In this document: one piece after another, positions 35,389-48,000 of the stretch | Layout of the letters: each line of letters begins with the position of its first letter | Position numbering within the stretch: the stretch's first letter is position 1 | Source: Azolla caroliniana | Taxonomy: Eukaryota; Plantae; Polypodiophyta | Assembly (NCBI GenBank): GCA_043228905.1 | Contig: JBHGNT010000021.1 | Span: 6,572,001-6,636,000 of the forward strand | Direction: 5' to 3' | DNA: 64,000 nucleotides | Notes under the pieces: generated by a model | Seen by the model: the letters and a program-made list of their open reading frames with translations, nothing else | Database searches by the model: none | Told to the model about the DNA's origin: nothing | Made by a program: the position numbers and the translations under genes

Positions 35389-36836
35389 TCATCCTTCTAA
35401 TCACCCTTTTGTGTTCACGTGGAAATCTCCTTTTTGTCCTAGTTGTAATCACTTTCTAGCATTGGACAAAAATGGGGTGAAAGGGTGGGGATTAAGTATA
35501 TGGGAGCAAAAATGGAATAAAGCAAAAAAAATAAAAAATAAAAACATCAAATAGAGCGTTATCTAGGACTACGGATGATGAGGCCATATGGAATGTTATT
35601 GTTAGAAACAAACAGAGTGTTGCAAATTTACTCAAGAATGTGCATGTGGTAGAATACCCAAAAATGTATGGAAGACAAGCAAAATCTAATCAATTGGTAG
35701 ACATTTTGAAAATGGTTCCGATGTTGCAAGATCAAGTCATATTTTGGAGAAAGGGGTAAGATTGCTTTGAAGCCTTTGGAGAATAGCTTGCTATCCTCAT
35801 TCTTCAACTTGGAGCAAATGGAAGTGTCCGCAAATGAGTGAAGTTGGAATCCTATCGTGAGCAAATTAAAATTTAACCCCAAAGTGAGCTAAATGCGAAG
35901 GCACACAATTACACTATTGTTATGGTAACATATATTTCAGACAACATTGCTAAGTTTGGTATGAGGTCACATGGGCTCAAAACTGCAAAAAAATACAACG
36001 TAAGCTCATAATTGGCCCCTCACACGCAACAACATGATGTTGAAATAGTGAAGGATGAAGCATATGTACGAGTAGGGTGTTGGAGATGCAACCTCGTGAG
36101 GGAAGAACTATTTGCATCCTCTAAACAAAAAAGAAGAACCAAACTTCTGATGGAGGCATCTGATTAGTGAAAAAATCTTAACACATGGTAATTAATATAC
36201 ACAACACACATAAGCAATATGAATAAACAAGCTTGAAGGACAACATATCATTGACCCATAATAAGAATCTTGATTTGATTCAAAGTGGAACAAGAATCAA
36301 CCAAATGAGAAGCAAAATCGGGAGGATGAAAGCGATCAGGAGCGAATTCTCTGAAATAGGGGTGTTCGGATGAGGCGAACCATGGAGCTTCTGATTCCAG
36401 TCGATGAAGGGGGTGGGGGGACAAAACATAGGGCAGATAAAAGATCGCGTGCTTTATAAGGACAACTCGGCTGCGGATGAGGCGGGCCATGGAGCTTTCT
36501 GATCTAGTCGAGGAGTGGAGAGCAAAACGGTGATTAAAGATCCCGAGATTAAAAAGTCAACTCGGCTCCGAACGAAGGGAAGCAATCGTATGCTTCCGGT
36601 TCGGAGGAGGTCGATAAAAGATGCCCCCCTCAAAAGAAGAGCTCAAAAGTCAACTCTGGAGAGGCCAACCTTTTCCTCTAATAATAACAATAATAATTAT
36701 TCAATATAACAATATAATAGATATATTAAATAACAAGACATAATAATAACAATAATTACAATTATTATAAATTATAATCATATATTAATAATGATAATAA
36801 AACACGGGTGGCCTTTCGCCATGCCTTGAGCCGGCA

Positions 36837-36924
36837 GCCAATAAGGGAGTGCCACGTGGGTGGAGCCGGGCCAACGAGGTCGCGCCACGTGGACCTTCGA
36901 AGAGGCACGCCTTTCCGTGGGAAG

Positions 36925-36957
<33 letters not shown>
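36837..36957 (+). promoter_or_regulatory. Proximal promoter of the nucleotidase gene: CCAAT box, two G-boxes, (CT)n tract
   Basis: CCAAT at 36838-36842; GCCACGTGG at 36851 and 36884; (CT)n at about 36929-36956, about 260-360 bp before the ATG. Confidence 0.6.
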
Positions 36958-37212
36958 CGTTTGCTTTCTGGCCTTTCTGTTTTTCTGTTGCTTGGCAAGC
37001 TTCCATATCTTCTTCAGTTTCTTACTTCCGCTGCTGCTAGGGCAGCAGAAGAAGTAAAAGGAGAAGTAAAAGGAGAAACAGAAGAAAGAAAAGGGCCAAC
37101 TGAAGAAGCGGCGGACTGAAAGAAAGAAAGGAAGGAAGGAAGGAAGGAAGAAGGCAGGAAAGAAAGGAGCGCGACGAACAAACGAATCCCGCATTCTTAA
37201 GATTCTGTGAAG

Positions 37213-40200
37213 ATGAGCGCCAATCGAGCCACCCGACCATCTCTGGTCAAGCAGATCAAGGATTTCGTGACTCCTGGAAGGAGAAGTTTCTCTTCTTCCA
37301 ATAAGGTAATTCTTTTGCCTTTCTCTTATCTGAGATTTCATTTTTTTCTTCCACAGAAGAAATGAACATCGATATTGTTCCTTTTGTTTTTTTTTCAAAA
37401 TCTTCCTTTTTTTTTTTTTATCGTTCTTTAAACACTGTTTCCCTTTATCTTCCGTCAACTTTTGTTGCTTTGTCTATTGATCGTATCCAACCTTATCTCA
37501 TTACCAATATGAGTAGCAATGCTCGTAGAGCCCTTACACTACTTCGCACTCGATCTCACAAGTTAGGTATTGAAGTTGCATCATGGTATCAAAATGTAAC
37601 GAATTTGAAGACATGTAAAGTATGCAATGAAGGCATGGTAGAGGATGAATGTCACTTGCTCTTCACATGCTCAACATATAGTGCAATTCGTTCAAGATAT
37701 GTTGACATACTAAGAGGGAGTGATAACGTAAGATCCATACTTAACACACCACCTTGAAGGTTGAGCTCATATGTGTATGCTTTATTAACACATAGAGACT
37801 TTGTGCTTCAACATATGAATACCCCTTCTTAGGAAGGAGACATATATCAAGAACACATGTATACTCTGGTCCCATAGGTCAAAATTGGCCTCTTTATGGA
37901 TGATAAAAATTCTAATTCTAATTCTAATTCTTGTAATGATCCTTCATACCATCATAAATATTTATGTCTTTCTGGCCTTACTTTTGCTTTGTTGCACTAT
38001 CTTTCTTCACGTGCTTTCTTCTCGTGATGACAATATCATTTGTACCAGTCATAAACTGCCATATCCTTCCGATCTTTCCTTTCTCTTTGTTGCATTCATT
38101 TTCTCCATAGGAACATTACACATGTATATTGTTCTTTTGATCTTCATTTTCACTTTAGTACATTCATTTTCTCCACAGCAAGATGCACATGCATGTCCTT
38201 TTGATCGCCCTTTATCTAGAAGGTCATGGTGCTAATGTTAAAGAATTAAATGATCCATTGTGAGATATTCATGTTGACCATGATACAGAAAGCTTGATCG
38301 ATCCATGATGGAGATAGCTTAATCCATGACAAGATAGTTTGATTGATCCATGATCAAGAAAGCTTGATTTTTAGAAGGCTCAACATCATTTCTTTGATAA
38401 TTGAAGATATCCCTTCTTAAATGATAATCCATGGAAGCGTAGTCAAGCAGTTTAGTCTAACAATGCAATTCACTTGGAACGAAAGTTTCTTTGTAACTAG
38501 AATGCAGATAAAACATGTAACGAGACTAGTTTGATCCCTTTAAATTGCAAATTTTGATTGATCCTTAGTAGAGATAGATTGATATTTAAAAAGTCTGTAG
38601 AAGGCTATACTGCTTCTGCTGAAGAACTATTTTATCCATCGTCTATTCTAAAATAGCTTGATAATTTAAAAGCTGGGGCAACTCTTTTTTGTTCTCCTGA
38701 AGAATCATTTTTACCATTTCATTGGCAAAAATATCAATATGTGGTAGACATACTCCACCTTTAAAAGGATTAACAAAATTGACCACTTCTGCTGAACAAT
38801 TCATTTCATCCATCAGATATTCCAAAATTGTGTGGTGCATGATAGTGATGATTTAAGCTTTAAAATACTATGGAAAAATGGTTGCTGCTTCTGAATGACT
38901 ATTTACAAATTGAACAATCAACAACACAAATAGCTGATATTTAAAGGCCATACCACAATTTATTGTTTCTGGCAAAGAATCCTTACGAGAAGTGAAATTT
39001 ATTGATCAATGATGGCTTGAACTTTCAAAGGCTAGAACAGAATCTACAGCTTCTACTGAAGAATCTACAGCTTCTACTACAGTTTGGAAGCCGTTCACTT
39101 CATCTTTGATGATTAAATCTCTCCATTTAAACGTTCAAAGCAGTTTAGCCTAAGAATTTAAAGTTGTTTTGAAACCTCAGTTTCTTCATAACTAAAATAT
39201 GTGGATGAGCCACGCAACCAGATCAGTTCTATCTGTTACATTTGTCATCAAACAATAAAGCATGGTTTTTGCAGGTAGCTGAAGGTGACGTGAATCAGAT
39301 CGCACAAATAACGGCAGAATTTGGTGGCATAAAAGATGGAGTATTAGGAGAAGATACAATAAATCCTACCATGAGGTTGAGGGCTGAATTTGATTATGCC
39401 AGACTCTGTTTCAAGAATATTCCAACAGCATTGCAGGACATGAAAAAAATGGATCCTAATGGTAGGTTAGTTAGTTCGTGTGACCATTATGAAAATAAAA
39501 TTCAATCTATGTTTTATTAGAGCATGCAATCGCAATCCTTGCAATGATAAGTTTTTGTTTCATGCCCTTATTATCACATTAAAATTATTTCTTCACTTTC
39601 TGTTCTTTACAGGGGTTTATGCAAATCACAATCTGAGATTGGATCAGATAAACGTATATGGATTTGATTATGATTATACTTTAGCACATTACACTGCTGA
39701 ACTTCAGATCTTAATATATGACCTCGCAAAGGAACGTCTTGTGAAAGAGGTAGGGGCAATGTTCTCTATTTATTTTTTGATAGTTCTTCTAAATAGTTGA
39801 GGAACATCAGAACATTTCCTGGTAGCTGATATAAATTTTTGTTTTTGTTTTGCTCATTTAATCTGTAATTGGACAGTACAGATACCCAGAAAACTGTTTA
39901 ACCTTTACATATGACAGAGGATTTCCAATCCGAGGCCTTTATTATGATAGAAAGAAGGGGTACCTTTTGAAACTTGATTTCTTCCATTCAGTGGAGCCTC
40001 AAGGATGCTATTTTGGCCGTCGGCAGGTAATCGTTTCTTTTTAATTCATATATTTTAAATCTGTATCTCTGATGATTAAAAATATCATGGACATTTGGGT
40101 TGGATCCTGAGCCCTGAGCCCTGATAACTTGATGTTTGAGTTTTCAATGTAGGTGAGTGATGAAGAAGTTGAACAGGCATACGGGGGAAGGCACATTGGT

Positions 40201-43200
40201 TTTGATTACATGCCAAACCTTGTTGCTCTCATGGATCTCTTTTGTCTGAGCGAGGTAAAATCAACTTTTCTTTTTATTTGATGCATTATATTACTGATGG
40301 GAACCTCAGTTCAAGGATTACAACAGAATGACCCATAGGTTACAATATCTGTCTTCAGACCAGAAACAATAAAAAAAGAGGGCATATGATGCTCTTTTAT
40401 ATCTTTAAAGACACAGCAAGAATGTAAATATTGCTGAAGTGGAAACATAAAAGTCCAATTCGTGACAGAAAAAAGTTAAATATTGCGCAGTTGGTTGCAA
40501 TAGACTGTTACTGAATAAGCTTTTATACGCATGTGATTTGGATTGCTTGATAATTTAAGAAGAGGTAGTCCAAATGGAAATCGGGGCATACTGCTAAGCC
40601 CTACCAGGAGAAGGGCTAGTTTCAATATTCTCTGTTGAGATTAGTCGGGGCATGTAGTTAATCGTTGTGTGCTAGAATCTGCATTGTAACAACTCATGTA
40701 CTACTGTTGTCTCTGTACTAACTCTGCCACTAATAAGTTGTGTAATAGGGTCTTTCTAGTGTATCCAGCCCTACACCTACATATATTCCTGTATATATAA
40801 TGTACCTTTGTAGTATGTGATTCTTGTTGGATATATTGGACGTGAATAATGTTTCGTAATTTTCTTAAATGGTCATTTGACTGAGCATAATCTATTTGAG
40901 CATTTTACCTACCTATATGATATGGTCAGTTTGCAGTGCTTATGTGTGCTGTCTTTGACTGGTCAGGTTTGCCTCATATCAGATGTGATCCAGCACTTCG
41001 TTGATCAGAAAGTAGATTTTGATGCATCTTATGTCTATGATGATGTGAAAGGCTCAATTGACTATATTCACAGGAGTGGCCTGCTACACAAAAAGATTTT
41101 GGCGGATCCAGCAAAGTACCTCCATAAGAGTGTAAGATCCAGATGTTTCGACCAATGTTCATACTGCCTTGTTAGAGGAATCTTACACTATAGCTTTAAT
41201 TTGTGTTGCTGTGCCTCTCTTCTTTTCTATCTTAGTGCTATTGAATAGATTAGATGGCATTTTCGTTTATTTTAATGGCTTCTGCATGATTTAAATGCTG
41301 ACGCTACTGCTGAGTCTTGACTCTTGATACATCATTTCTTGTGTCATCACTAAATTTTAATATCTTGTTTTAGGAAGGGTTGGTACAAATGCTTTGGACT
41401 ATAAAGGACACAGGAAAGAGACTCTTCCTTTTGACAAATTCTCCGTTTAGTTTTGTTGATGGGGGAATGCGATATATGTTTCAGGTATTTCTTTTTAACT
41501 CAGTTGGCTCTAATATCTGACATTGCATTCGAGAAGCTACAAATAATTCCAAGCTTTGTTTACCTTGCAAAAGAAATTTTGATAATAGATTTATGAATAA
41601 TTTTTTTGAGTGCTGGATTTGAGTACTCGATCAATTCCAAAAGCAGATGTACAAAGCCTTTAAGACTCCAATGCGCTACTCAAGGACTCTTTGTCTCGAC
41701 CATTTATTCATGTGGCATAAAATCATCCATCTGATTTTGTTTTTCACTTTTGAGATTTCTATTATTTGCTATGATGTCGTTTTATCACATTTGAGGTATA
41801 TGAGTATTGCAGCTTAAGTAGTTGTTCTTAATCTAGTCTCCTAATTGAAAGTAGAGCTATTACATCTCATGCCATACTAACAAAGCAAATAAAACTGAGC
41901 AGGATAGTGCTTCTAAAGGAAGATCGTGGCGGGATTTGTTTGATGTCGTAGTTGCCCTAGCTGACAAACCCAATTTTTATACATCAGAAAGACCTTTTAG
42001 GTTTGCATCTCTTTGGTTTAATGCTTTTTATTTATAAATAGAGCTCATCCTAATAACATTTTATCCATTGATTCTTATGTAGGTATTATAATGCAGACAA
42101 GGATGTATTGGCATTTACTCGTGTAGACACCTTTCAGAAACATTCTGTATATTATCATGGATGTCTAAAACACTTCTTGGAAATCACAAAATGGAAGGGA
42201 TCCGAGGTGATCTATTCCTTCATGTTTTCTGGCATATTTGATGGGCTGAACTTGATAGACTTTTTCTTGTTAAAATAGGTTATCTACTTTGGTGACCATC
42301 TGTTCAGTGACTTAAGAGGACCTGCTAAAGCTGGCTGGCGTACCGCAGCAATCATTCGTGAACTTGAGGTAAGACCAAGAGCATAGTTTTACAATTTTAA
42401 TTTAGCTTTTGGTTCTAACCCCCTCTGATTTGGAACATGTGCTGTGTAAGCATCCAGAAGATTCCAGTGCCACTTAGCTAGCACCAATGTTGACAATATT
42501 TTTCATCCTCCTTCAATCTCAGGCAATTGTAGACTCTAGAGTTCTATGCAAATGTTAGAAACTATCAAACAAGAAATCTATGTGACTGTTTTTCAAAACC
42601 TAAAAAACTGAGACCCAGTCCAAAAACTTTCTAACTTATGCATCTTTCCCACTGTCTGGAATGACATTGTCAAATCTTTGACATTACATATAGTCTAGAA
42701 GGATGAACTAGACTAATCCAAGAAATTGATAAGAAGGATGAAGCATCTCTCTGGGGCATTTGTTTGCACTGACTTGAATGTATTTTCTTTGACACAATGT
42801 TTTAGTCATATATGGACTTATGGACTTACATGATTTATTTGAATGGTTTGGCAGAGGGAGATAAAAACCCAAAATGAAGATATGTATCGTTTCTATCAGG
42901 TATAGATGATGGTTTCCACTATTGAGATCAGCTGCATTGTGAATAAATGGAGTTTTCATTGGCTGGGGGTGCCAATTCAATAATGATTTGTTTCTCTTTA
43001 TCTTATACTAGGCAAAGTACCACATAATGCAAGAGTTATTAGGGAAGTTCCATGGATTGCCACTAGAAAACCCACGCGGGGAAGATGAACAAAAGCTTCT
43101 TGCCTCATTAAATGAGGAGAGACAAAAGACTCGGGCAGCTATGAAAGCTATGTTCAATCCATACTTTGGTTCATCTTTTATAACGGATACCGGAAAGGAG

Positions 43201-43558
43201 TCAGCTTTCTCTTACAACATTCAGCGTTATGCGGATGTTTATACAAGCAGGCTTGCAAATTTCTTGAAGTTACCAAAGGAAGCTTGGCTATACACACCTT
43301 TTGATGTGAAAATTCTACCACATCACATTAAAGTACGTTTCTTCAGCTTTGTTTTACTTCGTTGTCTTATATTGTTTCTGTCCAGAGTGCCTTGAGATCA
43401 AAGCACTGATACTGTTTCCATGGTCCATCGCTCAGTGCCCATTGATGGTGTCATCTCGAGATTTGATCATGTCAAATTTCAGCATTCTCATGGCTAAAAT
43501 TTATTCTATTTCTTTTCTGCAGGTTAGCCCTCACAAACTTTTGAAGGAGGCGAAATAG
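37213..43558 (+). CDS. HAD-superfamily subfamily IG 5'-nucleotidase-domain protein (NT5DC/cN-II-like), 13 exons, 552 aa
   Basis: Exons 37213-37305, 39275-39461, 39613-39749, 39877-40026, 40153-40254, 40967-41131, 41374-41484, 41903-42000, 42083-42206, 42279-42368, 42855-42899, 43012-43332, 43523-43558; all introns GT-AG with consistent phases (1659 nt); HAD motifs [24 protein letters not shown]. Exon 1 is the least certain. Confidence 0.93.
37480..37930 (+). mobile_element. 5'-truncated LINE (RTE/RTE-X-like) 3' end in intron 1
   Basis: [11 protein letters not shown]...[20 protein letters not shown]-terminal CCHC motif, followed by an (ATTCTA)n tail at about 37907-37930. Confidence 0.8.
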
Positions 43559-45015
43559 GCCTCTACATACCGTTTGAAAAAAGTATTTCCTTGGTGTTAT
43601 CTTCAAAGAAATAGCAATAGCACAAGGAAAGAGCTCCTTTATGGTGCAAGTCCCCATTATACAGAGTTGCTCAAGCCATACAGAAGTTATAGGATATCAG
43701 AATTTTTGAAATAAACACCAACTTTGGACATATTTTGTCCACCATTCATTCATGATTGATTATATCTTTACAGTTTATTAAAGGATCAATAAATAAATTG
43801 GTGCTAATTATTCAATTTGTATACATTGGTGTATTTAGATTCATTCCAAGGCAAAAAATGTTAGAATATCTCTTGCTATTTAAAATTCTGGAAGACAATG
43901 AAAGCTCGAAAGTAGGGACGCCATTGGTTTAATACACTCATCAAGTTCTATTTAGTAGAAAACATTGTTGCCCAGAATTGAAATATGAAATAACTCAGTT
44001 GTCTACACCTACTAGTATAAACCAAAGAATTGAATGTATTAACTTTTATACATTGATAGCTGTCACAAGCACAGGAGAAAAATTTAAGCTTGTCAATGAT
44101 TAGTCATTGTGAATGAGTTTTTATTTAAGCATCATGTTGATAATCAATGGCAAGTAATCCATCATTTTGTGGGTCACAAGAATCTGTTTATCGACACTTT
44201 AGCTCTCAGTCACACTGAATGTGAATCAGAAGTATTTTGTCTATCAAGACTTTGCTCTCAGCCATACTCAACGTGGGTCGCAAGTACTTGTCTATTAAGA
44301 CTTGGCTATTGGCTCAATCATACTCATCTGGCCCAACACTTTATTGTCAGATATATTTATCTAGATTTATGCTTGTCAATGATGATTAGTAGTCCGTCAC
44401 CTGCCGATGCATGACTTGTATTTATGTAGAGTTAAAGCTTATCCATTCTTATCCAGACTAGCACTTTTTCAATTCAATCTCGTCAAGGCTTGCACTACTT
44501 ACATAGAGAACTGCTGATTTCCCATCACCTTCATTACATTCATTTCTTTGCTGTAGATTTCATAATTCAGCTTGTTACCAATTCCTTTCACAAGTTGGGC
44601 CCCTGGTGAGAAGGAAGATTAACGAGAATATGTTAAGGTTGCCCAAAATACAGAAAAAATCTTCATGGGCAAGGGCCTTCTCACATCACCTCAGATTTGT
44701 CATTCAAATGCTTAATGGAGATCTGATATACAAATATCTGATGGCAGAAAAATACTACTGAGATTTCATCAATCAGATAATCAGAAGGGAAATTTCTAGT
44801 GTTTAAAGGATCCACCTTGCATTAGAAAGATTAAAGAATTTTTGTTCTTATTACAAATGCCAATTGAGCAGGCATGCAATATTTCAAAATTACCATGTTG
44901 CTCTAACAACAAAGGCACAGAGAGCTCCAAGCTGCAAATGATCCCAGTCGGTTTGATTCGTAAAAGACACTCATTGTTCCTCTTAAGCTTGAAGTAAAAA
45001 GCATGGAAACAGAAT

Positions 45016-48000
45016 TCAGGTCTCGATGTGATGGATATTGGCAGTGTCATCCGTGTCAATAGCTAAATATGAAGAGTTATCGCTTTCATGACGAGCATGG
45101 TATTGGCCATATAGCCCATAAAATAGCATACTTAACACTCCCAATATCACAAATCTCACCCATGCCTCCCAATGGAGCTGTGGGCATCACAGTATATAAG
45201 AGAAACGACAATTTAGATAAGCATACACACTTGCAAATAATTTTCACATAGCAAAATAATGAGAAGAATAAATAAATAAACCTGAGCAAAAGAGAAGGTA
45301 TTCAAAAACAAGCCCAGCAATGGAACAGTAGGAAATCCTGGGCATAGGAATCCGGGAGGATTGGTGTACACCTGAAAGAAACAACAGAAAAAGCATTTTA
45401 GGAAATGCTTAAAAGGAAGTATATAATGTTAGAGCTATGACATTTACAAAAGTTTAATCATGATTCAAAACTTATTGAAATATTTACTCCCGTATTTTTT
45501 TATACCCATGAAAAATAAAGCAGGAGGTCAATAAATAACACTTACTTGACGGGAGTACATCGGAACCATTATTAAGATCGCGAATACCAAACCCACAATG
45601 ATGAAAGCAAGATGAAGTGAGAACCTAAAGAAAAGGCCCACACAAAACCCACACAAGGAAACTCCCAGCAAACAAGTGATAGCCTCTTGTCGTCGCGACA
45701 AAAACTGCTGTTCATGCTTGGGAAAATTATCCATCTTTATACGCAGGATTAGCACACAACAACATACAACAGAATATGCTATCTGCTCAAACAAAAAAAA
45801 TGCAAATTTCATTATGACATTGTACCTAATACTAAAATTGCAATGATGTTTTGTAAAAATATAAAAATAAAAATAAAAATCTCACCAATGTCCCAACTGA
45901 AAGGATATGAGAGAGATGACTGACATCAAACAGAGTTGCCAGAGTACCAGCAATCAGCCCACACCAAATCTGAGCTCTCACTGGTATATGGTGTTTTGGG
46001 CTTATCGTGGCAAATAAGGCAGGTAAAAGTCCATCACGACCAAGACCAAGGTATAATCTTGACTAGAAACCCAAAACAAACCCACAAATTTCAGACGTGG
46101 TATCACGTTTTTTAAGAAACACTTTTCTCAAAGAAATTACCAGCAAAACTTTTTGACAACAATTCATTCACACAAATAAATAAATACCTGAACATACAAA
46201 CCGACTAAAACAGTAGTTGAAAGACCAGCAATTGCTCCGATGCTTATCAATATCGTTACGTATTGCAAGTTTCTTTCAGAAAAAGCTTGAGCTAGGGGGG
46301 CATCACCAGAGAGATCCTGATATGGAACCATTCCAGTAATTACCAAGCACACACCTACATATAGTGCTGCACATGCAAATAAGCTCCCAAGTATACCAAT
46401 AGGCAGATCCCTCTGTCACAAACATTCACCTCGTTAGGTATAGAAGTATCTAGACCAGATGTTTTTGTTCAAAAAGATCCATTCTTTACAAAAGGAAAAT
46501 ATTTAAATAGAATTACCTTAGGCCTTTTGCTTTCCTCAGCCGAATTGGCTACTGCATCAAAACCTACATAGGCAAAATAGGCAACAGTAGCTCCAGTTAC
46601 AATGGCTGAAACACCATTTGGGGCAAATGGGGTCCAATTTGAAGTGTCTACCTCAAACGCTCCGACAAAAATAACTATAAGAACAATCACTACCTGCATA
46701 ATATGCCACAAATTTTTACCTTCTTATTAATTAACTGAAATATCTTAAGGCAGAGTTTTCAAACATTACAAGAAAATCCCTAACTAGCTTTGTTGGGTAT
46801 TTATCAGATATTCTTAAATAGAATACGTCTGACTAGGTTTTCAAATATTACCACAATATCCCTAACTAACCTTGTCCGTATCAGATATTCTTAAATAGAA
46901 TACGTCTGACTAGGTTTCAAATATTACCACAATACCCCTAACTAACCTTGTCCGTATATTTCCCAGCATACTCCTAAGTTTTCAACTATTGTCATAACAC
47001 CCCTCCGTTGTACAAAATTTACTACTACAGATGGATATCGTGATCATTTTTTAAATTGTTTCGGGATTACTCTGTTAAATACCCAACAAATTAAGAGATG
47101 ATTTGGTGTTTTGCCTCAGCACAAAATCATGGGCCAAAGTAGAGTTCCAAAAATGCAAATCTAATACGATGGAGAAGAAGATATAGTCGCTTGCTTGAGA
47201 CTCGGTAGGCAACAAACAGCAAAAACATTTGGTTATCCATAAGTCCAAAGAACACAGGAGATGTAAAATACACAGGAAGAAAGAAAAAATGAAAAACATT
47301 CCCACCTTTGTTAGAGTCATGATGGCATTGATGGCTGTGGACTCACGCACTCCTTGACAAAGTAACACTGTGAAAAGGATGACTAAAATTGGAGCTAAAA
47401 TGTTGATAGAGAAAATACCACCAAGGAGAGTCTTGCCTCCAGGACCAAACCAGATCGGAATTTTTCCATTTAACGCAGGAATAAGTTCCAAAATGTTCAC
47501 AATATAGCTTGACAAGCTTCTTACAATGCTTGCTGCACCAATATGATAGTCTAGCATAAGCTGGCAGAACACCAGAAATGCAACCAGTTCATTAAAAGCA
47601 GTGTATGCATATAGATAAACCCCTCCAACAAGAGCTGGAAACCGAGAGGATAATTCCGCATAGCATAATGCATTCGGTATACAGACTAATCCAGCCAATG
47701 CAAAGCTTACTGTCACACCTGCAACATAAGGTACTGTAATGAGTTTCTTTCAATTGTCATGAAATCCAACCCTAGACATACCTGATAAATGATTTTGCAA
47801 ACTTTGAAAAGAACTCTGAACATTTGCTTCACGCAACATATACAATAAAGACATTTTTCCTGTAGACACTCCATTGACCCATCACTTACGTCAATCTGTA
47901 CTCTTGAAATTAGGCGAATTAAAAGGCGTTTACAGAATCTAAGTGTCTATTTAACTAAGGCACAGGACATATTATTTATAGGATCAACTCCTATGCATAA

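Noticed and set aside
33190-36760. Possible gene or transposase remnants in the AT-rich intergenic stretch (e.g. ORF 34848-35078)
   Set aside because: No recognisable motif, terminal repeat or consistent exon chain could be supported by eye.
36778-37458. 226-aa minus-strand ORF over the nucleotidase promoter and 5' UTR
   Set aside because: Built from (GA)n, (CCTT)n and poly-A/T tracts; no domain or splice support.
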